From Gnetum montanum (lineage: Eukaryota > Plantae > Gnetophyta), in contig MNCI01003059.1 of the NCBI GenBank assembly GCA_015680685.1, positions 464,859 through 528,858 on the forward strand: a stretch of 64,000 nt of DNA, written 5' to 3'. Of the stretch, positions 63,961 to 64,000 are shown piece by piece (within the stretch, counting starts at the first letter, position 1; the number at the start of each line of letters is the position of its first letter). The notes under the pieces are model-generated. The model saw only the letters and a list, made by a program, of their open reading frames with translations. It made no database searches and had not been told where the DNA came from. The position numbers and the translations under genes are program-made.

Positions 63961-64000
63961 TTAGCACACTAAAGAAGGATGCAAGTCCCCAAAAATGTTT
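63961..64000 (+). ncRNA. Hammerhead ribozyme copy 3 (degenerate, truncated by window end)
   Basis: ttagcaca-ctaaaga-aggatgcaagtcccc-aaaa-atgttt; homologous to copies 1 and 2, with core G>A changes. Confidence 0.65.

Larger units (their letters stand above)
58920..64000 (+). mobile_element. Penelope-like retroelement array: HHR unit, RT unit, HHR unit (runs off the right edge)
   Basis: Direct repeats: 58921-59380 matches 63510-64000, and 59105-59490 matches 62545-63270. Three hammerhead motifs flank a PLE-type RT. Confidence 0.85.

Overview
Heterochromatic land-plant DNA made almost entirely of decayed, nested retroelements, with heavy CpG/CHG decay and several assembly gaps. No intact host gene is visible. 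From left to right: (A) an Athila-like Ty3/gypsy 5' end (minus strand; LTR 2944-3731, tRNA-Asp-type PBS) whose gag carries a young solo LTR of the same family (262-1299, TSD GCCAT). (B) A Tat/Ogre-like gypsy (minus, ~3732-19520; gag-PR-RT-RH-aRH-INT) with a ~6.7 kb putative intron between PR and RT that holds an antisense multi-exon gene and a 30-bp tandem array. An AT-rich relic zone follows (FCP1/NIF-like pseudo-exon, RNase H fragment, tRNA-like head, palindromic-motif clusters). (D) A minus-strand Athila-like element (32043-48500) contains a Ty1/copia (39158-47334, TSD CCTTC), which in turn contains a 3.5 kb solo LTR (39593-43116, TSD CTTAG) with an apparent captured glycosyltransferase fragment. 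(E) A plus-strand Athila-like element spans 48506-~58880. The right end holds a Penelope-like retroelement (RT ~60054-62717, no GIY-YIG endonuclease seen) inside a head-to-tail chain of units that each carry a minimal type I hammerhead ribozyme near their 3' end (59343, 63110, 63961). Two candidate systems stand out. The first is this endonuclease-less, hammerhead-punctuated PLE chain (terminon/retrozyme-like). The second is a recurring gypsy module in which an accessory ORF has its own promoter carrying the same family-specific CpG motif as that element's LTR. All translations and alignments were done by eye; no database searches were run.
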